From: an uncultured Elusimicrobia bacterium | GTDB lineage: Bacteria > Elusimicrobiota > Elusimicrobia > 2-01-FULL-59-12 | Reading direction: 5' to 3' | Assembly (NCBI GenBank): GCA_964441955.1 | Contig: CAYTWA010000002.1 | Coordinates: forward strand, 9,894-73,893 | Length of the DNA stretch: 64,000 nt | In this document: positions 36,967 through 46,305 of the stretch, piece after piece | Layout of the letters: each line of letters opens with the position of its first letter | Position numbering within the stretch: the first letter of the stretch is position 1 | The notes under the pieces: generated by a model | What the model was told of the DNA's origin: nothing | Database searches by the model: none | The model's input: the letters and a program-made list of their open reading frames with translations, nothing else | Position numbers and translations under genes: made by a program

Positions 36967-39900
36967 ATGAAACCGAAATTCCACCTTAAACACGATGCAT
37001 TTGTGATTGAAAATTATCACGCGTCCCGGCCGTTTGCGGGGTTTTTGCCGGGGATTGCAGGCGAGTACGGCAAGCCGATGTGGGTGTTTACGACGAACCG
37101 CGGTCAGGGCATCTCCAGCTTTGGAATTCGCAACAAAAACGCGGCGATGCTCGAGTTTTACCCCGCCAACAAAGCCTATACCATGACGCCGATCACCGGT
37201 TTTCGCACTTTCGTTCGGCTTCAGGAAGGCAAAAAAGTGTCTATTAACGAACCTTTTCGCCCGCATGCCCTAGAAAGCGTGCGGCAGGTCATGCGTGTGC
37301 GGCCCCATGAGTTAGAAATCGAAGAAGTCAATCACGCGAACCGAATCGAGATTCGCGTCGTCTACTTTACAGCGCCCAATGAAACACTCCCGCTTTTGGT
37401 GCGGCGCGTGACGGTCAAAAACCTCGCGTCTAAAACCCGCCGCATGGATATCCTCGATGGTTTGCCGCAGGTCGTGCCGTTTGGGCTGAGCGAATTTTTG
37501 CTTAAAAGCATGTCGCGGACGATGGAGGCCTTTTCCGAAACCCTTCATACGGATGAGCATTTGCCTTTTTTCAAAATGAAGGTGGAGCCTTCCGATCGTC
37601 CGGAAATGGAACGTATTGATGGCGGTTTTTTTGCCTTTACGCTCCAAAACCGGCAACCCATTCGGCTGGCGGTGGACGCCCAAGGTGTCTTCGGCGCGGA
37701 CACGAGCTTCGGGTATCCCTCCGTGTGGGCCGCTTCGGGCCGCCTGTCGCGTCACGAGCAAACCGAATCCACCACCGCCTGTGCTTTTGCCTGTCTTTCG
37801 TTTGCGCTGCCCGCCCAAGGCGAGCAAACGTTCACGTCGTATTTTGGCCAGGCGAATCATTGGGAAGAAGCTTTGGCGCTTCGCCGCCGGGTTCAAGAGT
37901 CCGCGGCATACGCCGAAACAAAACGCGCCGAAAACGCCGCCACCCTCCAACAATTAACCGACCCATTTGCCATCCATTCTTCCCAGAAACGCTTAGACCC
38001 TTATTCCCGCCAAGCGTTTTTAGATAACACGCTGCGTGGCGGACAACCGCGCGTCGACAAAACCCATGGTCATGCCAGCGTGTTTCACTATTACACCCGC
38101 AAACACGGGGACATGGAGCGCGATTACAACGCATTCGAGGTGGCCCCCACTTATTTTTCGCAGGGAAACGGCAATTTTCGTGATGTGAACCAAAATCGTC
38201 GCTGCGAACCTTTTTTGTTTCCAGGGGTGGGCGCCGACAGCCTGCAGACATTTTTTAACTTAATCCAGTTGGACGGTTTTAATCCGCTCGTCATCCAATA
38301 CGAGACGTTTGTGGTGCGGCCGGAAAAATTAAACAGCCTGAAAACGCTGCTCGACCACTTGGGGTGGGACTCTTGGAAATTGTTTCTCACGCAGCCTTTT
38401 AAACCCGGCGTCCTCTATGAACGGTTATGGACGGGGCATGGGCAAGTTCAGGAATCGGCCCAGGAGAGTTTCGAACGGATCCTCACTGTCGCGGAGAAAA
38501 CGCAAGAAGCCGCCCATGGGGAAGGCTTTTGGGTGGACCACTGGATTTATAACCTCGACTTGTTGGAATCCTTTGCCGCTGTTTACCCCGATCAACTGAA
38601 GGCCGTTTTAACCGAGGCCCACTCCTCCACCTATTTCGATAACGACCACGTGGTGCAGCCGCGCCAGCGTAAAACCATTCTTCGTCACGATGGGCGGGTG
38701 CGGCAGATGAACGCCGTGATTCGCGATACCGAAAAAGCATCCCTCCTTAAAGCACGTAAAACCGACCCTTTTAAAGTGCGAACCCAATACGGCGAGGGGG
38801 AAATTTATCGGACCTCGCTTTTGGCCAAACTGGTTGGTTTGTTTGCGGTAAAAGCAGCTTCCTTAGATCCCTTTGGTGTCGGGTTGGAAATGGAAGCGGA
38901 TAAGCCCGGGTGGTGTGATGCGCTAAACGGTCTTCCGGGGCTTTTTGGTTCTTCCGTCAACGAAGCCTTGGCGCTGCGCCGCGGGGTTGGCTTTCTCCAA
39001 GAGCGTCTCCCTTCCCTCTTAAGCGACAGGGAGACGCTCCAACTTCCCGTGGAAGTGGCCGATTTTGTTCGTGATGTGAAAGATGCTTTAAGTGGGGCAA
39101 GCGGCCCTCTTTTTTATCGCACTTGGGATGCTTTGTCGTCCCGTAAGGAAGCGTTTCGTGAACGCACGCGGCTCGGGGTAAGCGGCGAGGAAGCAGTCTT
39201 ATCGCTCAAAGACCTGCAGGCGTTTTTAGGCAGCGTCCAGCAAACGCTCGACCGGGGGCTTTTGCATGCCGTGACAAAAGACGGGCTCGTCACCACGTAT
39301 TACATAAACGAAGTGGATGAGTACGAAAAGCTGCCGCCCATTCACTCCGACGCGAGTGGAACCGAGGCCAAATCCCTGCAGGCGGTACGCGCCATGCGCT
39401 TTAAGCAAACGCCCGTGGTCCCTTTTTTGGAGGGGCCCATGCACGCCCTGCGCTTGGCTTCGCCCCAAGAGGCGCGCGCGCTTTATTCCGCGGTTCGGGG
39501 CTCTTCTCTTTACGACAAAAAGTTGGGCATGTATCGCCTCAATACGCCCTTAGACAGCGAAAGTTTTGAAATCGGCCGGGCCAAAATTTTTACGCCGGGA
39601 TGGCTTGAAAACGAATCGATATTTCTGCACATGCACTACAAATTTTTGCTTGAAACGCTTCGCAGCGGTCTGCACGCCGAATTTTTCAAGGACTTTAAAA
39701 AAGGGCTCGTGGCCTTTCAAGACCCGGCGGTGTACGGCCGTTCCGTTTACGAAAACAGCTCTTTTATTGCCTCGAGTCGTTTTCCGGATGCGCGGCTGCA
39801 CGGCAATGGGTTTGTCGCGCGGTTAAGCGGTGCGACGGCCGAGTGGATTTCGATGGTGATCTACATGGGCCTTGGGGCCAAACCCTTTGAATGGGTTAAA

Positions 39901-40197
39901 GGAGAGCTTCGATTTTCTCCGGCGCCCGTTTTAGCCGGATGGTTGTTTGAGGCAAAGCCTGTCGATGGGTTTGAAAAAGACACCTTCGGATTCAAAGTGT
40001 TCGGCGGAACATGGATCGTGTACCGAAACCCAGGCCGGCGCGACACCTATGCGGGAAAAGGGCTGGCTCCTAGCAGCTACCGGTTAGTCGCGCGGGATGG
40101 CCGAGAAGAGGTTGTCGAAGGCCGCTTTTTAAACGGCCGTTTGGCGCACGATTTGCGCGAGGGCCGGCTGGCGCGTGTCACCATTCATTTGGCATGA
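36967..40197 (+). CDS. Large (~1,076 aa) uncharacterised cytoplasmic protein. Possibly a six-hairpin glycoside hydrolase/phosphorylase-like enzyme (low-confidence guess).
   Basis: Start reassigned to ATG 36967 (the track ORF from 36847 spans a 300-nt leader). No motif was recognised with confidence. Confidence 0.5.
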   Translation: MKPKFHLKHDAFVIENYHASRPFAGFLPGIAGEYGKPMWVFTTNRGQGISSFGIRNKNAAMLEFYPANKAYTMTPITGFRTFVRLQEGKKVSINEPFRPHALESVRQVMRVRPHELEIEEVNHANRIEIRVVYFTAPNETLPLLVRRVTVKNLASKTRRMDILDGLPQVVPFGLSEFLLKSMSRTMEAFSETLHTDEHLPFFKMKVEPSDRPEMERIDGGFFAFTLQNRQPIRLAVDAQGVFGADTSFGYPSVWAASGRLSRHEQTESTTACAFACLSFALPAQGEQTFTSYFGQANHWEEALALRRRVQESAAYAETKRAENAATLQQLTDPFAIHSSQKRLDPYSRQAFLDNTLRGGQPRVDKTHGHASVFHYYTRKHGDMERDYNAFEVAPTYFSQGNGNFRDVNQNRRCEPFLFPGVGADSLQTFFNLIQLDGFNPLVIQYETFVVRPEKLNSLKTLLDHLGWDSWKLFLTQPFKPGVLYERLWTGHGQVQESAQESFERILTVAEKTQEAAHGEGFWVDHWIYNLDLLESFAAVYPDQLKAVLTEAHSSTYFDNDHVVQPRQRKTILRHDGRVRQMNAVIRDTEKASLLKARKTDPFKVRTQYGEGEIYRTSLLAKLVGLFAVKAASLDPFGVGLEMEADKPGWCDALNGLPGLFGSSVNEALALRRGVGFLQERLPSLLSDRETLQLPVEVADFVRDVKDALSGASGPLFYRTWDALSSRKEAFRERTRLGVSGEEAVLSLKDLQAFLGSVQQTLDRGLLHAVTKDGLVTTYYINEVDEYEKLPPIHSDASGTEAKSLQAVRAMRFKQTPVVPFLEGPMHALRLASPQEARALYSAVRGSSLYDKKLGMYRLNTPLDSESFEIGRAKIFTPGWLENESIFLHMHYKFLLETLRSGLHAEFFKDFKKGLVAFQDPAVYGRSVYENSSFIASSRFPDARLHGNGFVARLSGATAEWISMVIYMGLGAKPFEWVKGELRFSPAPVLAGWLFEAKPVDGFEKDTFGFKVFGGTWIVYRNPGRRDTYAGKGLAPSSYRLVARDGREEVVEGRFLNGRLAHDLREGRLARVTIHLA

Positions 40198-41354
40198 GGC
40201 GGTGGCAGCGTTTCGGTATTCTTTTTTTGCCCCTTTTTTTTCCGCTTGCTTTGCTTCAGGCGCAAAAAGAGGTTCCTGTTTTGCGTGCGTATTATGAAGA
40301 AACCCTCTATATCGCGATTGCCCAAGCGGCTCGGCTCCTGAAAGGGGCCGTGTCATGGCGGGCGACGTCGGAGCAGGTGGAACTTCGCGTGCGCGGCCAT
40401 TCTTTTCGTTTTTTTTATGATTCCCCGCTCGTGTTGGTGGATGGAAAGCGAAAAATGCTGGAACGTCAAACGATTAATAATGCAGAAGGCTTTTGGGTTC
40501 CGGCACGCTTTTTTGCGGATGACGCGTTTTTTGCGCTGACCCATGCGAGGCTGGAGTTGCCTACAAAAGCAGTGGGAGAGGGAGTGGGAGTTAAGGAAGT
40601 CTTTATTAAAAAAGGAAATACCTCGACTGCCACTCCCTCTCCCTCTGCCGTGTCTTCACGCGCGATTCGCCGCATCGTCATTGACCCCGGCCATGGGGGA
40701 AAAGACCCGGGCGCCGAAGGGCCGCGCGGAGTGTTCGAAAAAAGTATCACCTTGGCGTTAAGCCAAGAAACCGCCGAGTTGCTTCGCGAAAAAGGCGATT
40801 ACGAAGTACTCATGACGCGCATGGACGACACCTTTGTCCCGCTCGCCGAGCGCGCCCGTTTAGCCAACCGTCACGAGGCGGATTTGTTTATTTCCATTCA
40901 TTGCAACGCGTCCACGTCGTCAAAACTTCAAGGGTTTGAGGTGTATTTCCTCTCCGAAAAAGCTTCCGACCCGCGCGCGGACGCCGCCGCGCGTTTTGAA
41001 AACGCGCCGCTTGCCTTGGAAGGACAAAGCGTCCCCGCCCCGAACCCGCTCAATCGCGTGCTTCGCTCATTAGTGAAAACAGCTAACATCAACGAATCAT
41101 CGGAGATGGGCGCTCTCCTGCATCAAAAATTAAGCCGTCAAATTTCGAGTGAAGCACTTGGCGTCAAGCAGGCGTCGTTTTATGTGCTGCGCGGCGCAGA
41201 AATGCCATCGGTGTTAATTGAGGTCGGATTTTTGACGAACCCCCGCGAAGAAAAAATGCTGACCAAGCCGGCTTACCGGCACAAAATTGCCCAAGGCATC
41301 TTCGAAGCGGTTCAAGCGTATGACTTACGCAAACAAAAGGCGCGCGGCCGATGA
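40194..41354 (+). CDS. N-acetylmuramoyl-L-alanine amidase, AmiC-like (N-terminal AMIN domain + Amidase_3 catalytic domain: IDPGHGG...EADLFISIHCNA). The linker carries an in-frame palindromic element.
   Basis: Amidase_3 motifs present. ATGA overlap with the upstream gene. Confidence 0.8.
   Translation: MRRWQRFGILFLPLFFPLALLQAQKEVPVLRAYYEETLYIAIAQAARLLKGAVSWRATSEQVELRVRGHSFRFFYDSPLVLVDGKRKMLERQTINNAEGFWVPARFFADDAFFALTHARLELPTKAVGEGVGVKEVFIKKGNTSTATPSPSAVSSRAIRRIVIDPGHGGKDPGAEGPRGVFEKSITLALSQETAELLREKGDYEVLMTRMDDTFVPLAERARLANRHEADLFISIHCNASTSSKLQGFEVYFLSEKASDPRADAAARFENAPLALEGQSVPAPNPLNRVLRSLVKTANINESSEMGALLHQKLSRQISSEALGVKQASFYVLRGAEMPSVLIEVGFLTNPREEKMLTKPAYRHKIAQGIFEAVQAYDLRKQKARGR
40569..40648. 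repeat. Palindromic element copy B: arms GCAGTGGGAGAGGGAGTGGGAGT / ACTGCCACTCCCTCTCCCTCTGC, core TTTATTAAAAAA. Lies in-frame inside the amidase ORF (encodes AVGEGVGVKEVFIKKGNTSTATPSPSA).
   Basis: 23-bp near-perfect inverted repeat. Translated in the frame of ORF 40194..41354 without stops. Confidence 0.8.
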
Positions 41355-42166
41355 GCGATCCGCGTCCCATTGGGTTGTTTGATTCCGGCGTAGGCGGCTT
41401 GACTGTGCTGCGCGAAGTCATCTGCCAACTTCCCTTCGAATCCACAACCTATTTTGGCGATACCGCGCGCGTGCCGTATGGGTCCAAATCGCGTGATGTT
41501 ATCGAACGGTTTTCGCTTGAAATCGGTCAATTCCTTTTGAAACAAGACGTCAAAATGATCGTCGTGGCCTGCAACACCGCCAGCGCCTTTGCTTTGCCGG
41601 CGCTTAAAAACCGTTTTTCCGTCCCCATCATTGGTGTGATCGAGCCCGGCGCGCGCGCCGCATTGGGCGCCACGCGCAGTGGACGCATCGGTGTGATTGG
41701 AACCGAGGGCACCATCGAAAGCCAGGCGTATACGGAAGCCCTTCACCGGCTAAAAAAGGATGTTCAGGTGATGGGGCAGGCTTGCCCGCTCATCGTTCCC
41801 CTGGTGGAAGAAGGCTGGATTGAAAAAGCGGTCGCGGTCGATATCGTGCGCGAATATTTAGTGTCGCTCCTAGAGCAAAATATCGATACGCTGGTCCTGG
41901 GATGTACGCATTACCCGCTTCTTAAAACCGTTTTGTCTAAAGTGGCGGGCCCCCATGTCCGGTTGATTGATTCGGCCGAAGAAACAGCGCGTTCAGTGGG
42001 CGCCTCTTTAATGGAGCTGAAGCTTGCTTCGGACCCTAATAACACCAATCGCCATCGACATTATTTCGTCAGCGACTCGCCGGCTAAGTTTCAAAAGGTG
42101 GGGGAACGCTTTTTGGGCCATTCCATTAGCGAAGTCAAAACCGTCGATATAGGCCATTGGTTATGA
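41351..42166 (+). CDS. murI: Glutamate racemase
   Basis: IGLFDSGVGGLTVL..., two catalytic Cys regions (VVACNTAS, LGCTHYP). Confidence 0.9.
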   Translation: MSDPRPIGLFDSGVGGLTVLREVICQLPFESTTYFGDTARVPYGSKSRDVIERFSLEIGQFLLKQDVKMIVVACNTASAFALPALKNRFSVPIIGVIEPGARAALGATRSGRIGVIGTEGTIESQAYTEALHRLKKDVQVMGQACPLIVPLVEEGWIEKAVAVDIVREYLVSLLEQNIDTLVLGCTHYPLLKTVLSKVAGPHVRLIDSAEETARSVGASLMELKLASDPNNTNRHRHYFVSDSPAKFQKVGERFLGHSISEVKTVDIGHWL

Positions 42167-42540
42167 GCACGTACGAAGTCTTAGTCCAGGATACGTTTTG
42201 CAGCGCGCACGCTTTGCGTCATTATTACGGCCAAACCGAGCCTTTGCATGGCCACAACTACCGCGTCGAGGTCGTCGTCCGATCTAAAAGACTTCAAAAC
42301 AAAGTAAAATATGTCACCGATTTTGTTGCGCTCAAGGCCGCTTTACGCGGCATTATTCAGCCCATGGACCATGTCAATTTAAACGAACTCCCGCCTTTTG
42401 ACCGGGACAATCCCAGCGCGGAGAATGTGGCGCGATTTATAGGCATGGAATTGAAAAAGCGCTGGAAAGAACCGGGAGTTCGCATCAGTTCCGTGACCGT
42501 CTGGGAAACCGACGAAACGGGCGCGCGCTACATTCCGTGA
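42157..42540 (+). CDS. queD: 6-carboxy-5,6,7,8-tetrahydropterin synthase
   Basis: CSAHALRHYYGQTEPLHGHNY motif (PTPS family Cys/His). Confidence 0.85.
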   Translation: MVMSTYEVLVQDTFCSAHALRHYYGQTEPLHGHNYRVEVVVRSKRLQNKVKYVTDFVALKAALRGIIQPMDHVNLNELPPFDRDNPSAENVARFIGMELKKRWKEPGVRISSVTVWETDETGARYIP

Positions 42541-43226
42541 TAGCCTCCGTTTTGGAGGTTTTCCGCAGCCGGCAAGGCGAGGGAATTCTAGTCGGCGACC
42601 CGATGATTTTTGTCCGTTTCGGCGGGTGTAACTTGGTCTGTGATTACTGCGATACGCCGGAGAGCATCCCGGCTAAATCAGGCCGAAAAATAGAGCTGAA
42701 TGATTTGCTAGCACAGGTCGATGCGCTGCGGCAAAGCGGCCCGCCGCTCCCGGTTTCAATTACGGGGGGGGAACCGCTCCTGCAAGCGGAGTTTCTTTTG
42801 GCGTTGCTGCCGGCCTTAAAAGCACGCGGGCACCGCATCTATTTGGAAACAAACGGCACCTTGCCTCAAGCCTTGGCAAAAGTGCTGGATCACTGCGATT
42901 GGGTGGCGATGGACATCAAGCCGCCCAGCGCCGTAAAACGAGAGCTTTGGGAGGCACAGCAATGGTTTCTGGAAACGGGAGCAAAAAAGATCTTCCTAAA
43001 GATGGTTCTCACAGCGGACACAACCGACGCGGAAGTGAAGCGCGCCGTCGCTTTGATCAGTGGCGTGCGTCGCAGCGTGCCGCTGGTGCTGCAGCCGGTC
43101 ACGCCGGTGGGGGCGGTCATGGGCGTGCCCATGGCGCGTCTGGCGGCGTGGTGGGCGGAAGCGGCGCAGACGCTTTTGGACGTACGGGTGCTGCCCCAGG
43201 TGCATCCGGTGTGGCAAATACCGTAA
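42537..43226 (+). CDS. queE: 7-carboxy-7-deazaguanine synthase (radical SAM)
   Basis: CNLVCDYCDT radical-SAM cluster motif. Translationally coupled to queD. Confidence 0.85.
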   Translation: MIASVLEVFRSRQGEGILVGDPMIFVRFGGCNLVCDYCDTPESIPAKSGRKIELNDLLAQVDALRQSGPPLPVSITGGEPLLQAEFLLALLPALKARGHRIYLETNGTLPQALAKVLDHCDWVAMDIKPPSAVKRELWEAQQWFLETGAKKIFLKMVLTADTTDAEVKRAVALISGVRRSVPLVLQPVTPVGAVMGVPMARLAAWWAEAAQTLLDVRVLPQVHPVWQIP

Positions 43227-43744
43227 CCCGGTTTCTATTCGTGGTTGGTTCCCCCGGTGTAGGCAAAACCAAGATGATTCGCGATTTGACCGTCTCCAGG
43301 CGCGATCACATCGGCGGGTTTTATACCGAGCCGATCATGGCCGGCCGCATCCGTCGCGGGGTGCGCATTTTTACCTTTGACGGCCAGGAGAGAATGCTGG
43401 CCCAAAAGGGCCTTAAAAGCAATCTTTTCCTAGGCAAATTCGGACTCGACCTAAACGCGCTCGAAAACGTGGGCGTGCCCGCGTTAAAGCTGGGTCTTAT
43501 GACCAAACAGCTCATGGTGATTGACGAAGTGGGGATGCTCGAGTCGATGTCGGAACGCTTCAAAGATACTGTTCAAGAGGTTCTTGACTCCGACAAGCCC
43601 GTGCTCGCCACGCTGCGTCCCGGCGCCAAACCGCATTCCGACATGATCAAAAAGTTAGGGGATTGCCGAATCCTGACGCTTTCCAGCTCCAACTACGCCG
43701 CCATTAAGCAGCAGGTGCGCAAGTGGCTGGATGCGCATATTTAA
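43211..43744 (+). CDS. P-loop NTPase of the THEP1/NTPase-1 family (FLFVVGSPGVGKTK Walker A, LMVIDEVG Walker B)
   Basis: The track ORF 42899..43744 is over-extended into queE. The likely GTG start at 43211 overlaps the queE 3' end. Confidence 0.6.
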   Translation: MANTVTRFLFVVGSPGVGKTKMIRDLTVSRRDHIGGFYTEPIMAGRIRRGVRIFTFDGQERMLAQKGLKSNLFLGKFGLDLNALENVGVPALKLGLMTKQLMVIDEVGMLESMSERFKDTVQEVLDSDKPVLATLRPGAKPHSDMIKKLGDCRILTLSSSNYAAIKQQVRKWLDAHI

Positions 43745-44920
43745 TTGATCCCCAGTCTCACGCTAAAACCAAAAGAAGAAGGCCGGCTTTCCGGCGGTCA
43801 CCTCTGGGTGTTCTCCAACGAACTCGAAAAAATTCCAACCGATATCCCCGCCGGCGCAATTGCTGATCTCTATACCGCGAAGAAAACGTACGTAGGCCGC
43901 GGGTTTTTTAACCCAAATTCCTTGATCGCGTTTCGTTGTCTTACCACGGAACGAGAAGAGCTGACCGATTCCTTTTTCGAATCGCGTTTGGCGGATGCGC
44001 TGCTATTGCGCGAGAGCCTTTATCCCAATACTCGGGCGTATCGCTGGGTTCACGGGGAAAGCGACCGCCTGCCGGGGCTCGTGGTAGACCGGTTTGGCGA
44101 TTATCTTTCTGTGCAAGCGGTCTCGGCAGGCATGGATTGTTTGAAGGATCGCTTGGTGGCGCTCTTGGTAAGCCTTTCGCAGGCAAAAGGTGTGGTCTGG
44201 CGTACGGACTCCTCCCTGCGGCTGATGGAAAAACTTCCGCAAGAAAAACCCGAGATCGTTACCGGAAACCTGCCGGAAGACGTCCTCATCGAGAACGAAA
44301 ACGGCCGTTTCCGCGTCGATTTAATCGGTGGACAAAAAACCGGCTTCTATTTCGATCAACGCGATAATCGCCAAGTGTTTGCATCTCTTTGCAAAGGAAA
44401 GAAAGTCTTGGACGCCTACTGCTACTCGGGTGGATTTGGTATCGCGGCGGCTCGCGCGGGAGCACGCGAAGTGGTGTTCAACGACAGCTCGGAAACGGCG
44501 TTGGGTTTGGCCGAAGAGAACGTTCAGTTAAACGGCTTAACGCTTCCCACCGCCTTTGTGGAAGGCGACAGCGAAAAACTTTTAGAGCGTGTGCCCCCGG
44601 GCGGGGCGTTTGAAGCCATTTCGATCGACCCGCCCGCCTTCGCCAAATCCAAGAAACATCTGCCGATGGCGCTGAAAGCCTATGAACGGTTGAACGCGTT
44701 GGCGATGACGGCGGTGGCCAAGAACGGGTTGCTGGCCACCTCCTCTTGCTCACATCATGTGACGCGCGACCTTTTCTTAGAGGTGTTGCGCCGCGCCGCC
44801 CGCAAAGCTCGCCGCCACGTTCGACTGCTCGACTTACGCTCGCAAGCCAAAGACCACCCGGTTTTGCTGGCGATGCCCGAGACTGACTATTTGAAATGTG
44901 CCATACTTCGCGTGAGTTAA
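43745..44920 (+). CDS. rlmI: 23S rRNA (cytosine-C5) methyltransferase RlmI-like (PUA + class I SAM MTase; LDAYCYSGGFG)
   Basis: Domain order and SAM motif. Confidence 0.75.
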   Translation: MIPSLTLKPKEEGRLSGGHLWVFSNELEKIPTDIPAGAIADLYTAKKTYVGRGFFNPNSLIAFRCLTTEREELTDSFFESRLADALLLRESLYPNTRAYRWVHGESDRLPGLVVDRFGDYLSVQAVSAGMDCLKDRLVALLVSLSQAKGVVWRTDSSLRLMEKLPQEKPEIVTGNLPEDVLIENENGRFRVDLIGGQKTGFYFDQRDNRQVFASLCKGKKVLDAYCYSGGFGIAAARAGAREVVFNDSSETALGLAEENVQLNGLTLPTAFVEGDSEKLLERVPPGGAFEAISIDPPAFAKSKKHLPMALKAYERLNALAMTAVAKNGLLATSSCSHHVTRDLFLEVLRRAARKARRHVRLLDLRSQAKDHPVLLAMPETDYLKCAILRVS

Positions 44921-46305
44921 TGTTCAAGAAAATTCAGCACATCCATTTCGTTGGGATTGGCGGGTCCGGGATGTCGGGCATCGCGGAAGTGCTGCTGAGT
45001 TTAGGTTATAAAGTGTCCGGTTCCGATTTGAAAGGCAGTCCCGTCACCGAACGCTTGGCCAAGTTGGGTGCCCGGATCTGCGCCGGGCATAAAGCGGAGA
45101 ATGTTCAAGAGGCGCAGGTGGTCGTAACCTCCACCGCGGTTTCTCCAGATAACCCCGAAGTGATTCAAGCCCGGAAGTCCGGTGTTCCTGTTATTCCTCG
45201 CATTGAGATGCTGGCGGAAATTGCCCGGCTTAAATACACCGTGGCTGTCGCCGGTACCCACGGTAAAACCACGACCACGTCGATGGTGGCAAGCGTCCTG
45301 CAGTCGGGGGGACTTGATCCCACGGTGGTCGTGGGCGGAAAGCTTAAACATTTGGAGTCGGGGGCCCACTTGGGGAAAGGGGATTTTCTAGTCGCCGAAG
45401 CGGATGAGTCCGACGGGTCATTCCTTAAGCTTTCTCCGGCCATTGAAATCATCACCAATATCGATAACGACCATCTGGATTACTACGGCACGTTCAACAA
45501 TATCGTTGAAGCGTTCGTGCAGTATTCGGGGCGCGTGCCCTTTTATGGCTGCGTGATCGCCTGTCTCGATGACCCCCATGTGAAAAGCATCCTCTCGCGG
45601 ATGACGCGGCGCGTGTTGACCTATGGTTTTGACTCAGGCGCTCAGATTCGCGCCGACTCGCTGAAAACGGATGAGAGCGGATCCTCGTTTGAGGTGTTCG
45701 CGGGGGCAGCGCCTTTAGGCCCGGTTCGGCTTCAAGTGGCGGGGCGGCACAACGTATTGAATGCGTTGGCGTCGGTGGGTGTCGGGCTTGAGATTGGGAT
45801 TTCATTTACCAAGATCGCCGAAGGGCTGGCCGCCTTTGAAGGTGTCGGCCGCCGGATGGAAATAAAAGGTGAGACGGGGGGTGTCACGGTCGTGGACGAT
45901 TACGGCCACCATCCCACCGAGATCAAAGCCACGCTCGCGGCCCTTCGCGCGCGATACGCCGGACGACGAATTGTGGCCCTATTTCAGCCGCATCGTTTTA
46001 GTCGAACGCAGTCGTTATGGAAAGAGTTTTCCGAAAGCTTTAAAGAGGCGGACGTCGTTTATTTGCTGGATGTGTACCCGGCCGGGGAAGCGCCTATGGC
46101 GGGGGTAAGTTCCGCATTAATTTTAGAGCCGCTTAAGAAAAATCACCTTTCGGCCCACGCGTTGCCCTCGCCGCTTAATTTGTCTTCCGTGCAAAAAAAC
46201 CTTCGCCAAGGCGACGTAGTGATCACCTTGGGCGCGGGCGACGTGTGGAAGTGCGGCGATTTACTTCTGGCGAGTAAGAGAATAAGAGATGAAGTGAGGA
46301 AGTAA
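44920..46305 (+). CDS. murC: UDP-N-acetylmuramate--L-alanine ligase
   Basis: FVGIGGSGMSGIA..., GTHGKTTTTSM. Confidence 0.9.
   Translation: MFKKIQHIHFVGIGGSGMSGIAEVLLSLGYKVSGSDLKGSPVTERLAKLGARICAGHKAENVQEAQVVVTSTAVSPDNPEVIQARKSGVPVIPRIEMLAEIARLKYTVAVAGTHGKTTTTSMVASVLQSGGLDPTVVVGGKLKHLESGAHLGKGDFLVAEADESDGSFLKLSPAIEIITNIDNDHLDYYGTFNNIVEAFVQYSGRVPFYGCVIACLDDPHVKSILSRMTRRVLTYGFDSGAQIRADSLKTDESGSSFEVFAGAAPLGPVRLQVAGRHNVLNALASVGVGLEIGISFTKIAEGLAAFEGVGRRMEIKGETGGVTVVDDYGHHPTEIKATLAALRARYAGRRIVALFQPHRFSRTQSLWKEFSESFKEADVVYLLDVYPAGEAPMAGVSSALILEPLKKNHLSAHALPSPLNLSSVQKNLRQGDVVITLGAGDVWKCGDLLLASKRIRDEVRK

Noticed and set aside
42899-43744. Track ORF giving a 281-aa protein with a Gly/Ala/Arg-rich N-terminus
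   Set aside because: The first ~104 codons are the alternative frame of queE. The recognisable protein (P-loop NTPase) begins near GTG 43211. Similar N-terminal over-extensions were trimmed for 17544 (hisS), 22560 (GATase), 32857 (FAD oxidoreductase), 33885 (DUF1365), 36847 (large protein), 44896 (murC), 48149 (ftsQ) and 55656 (pheA).
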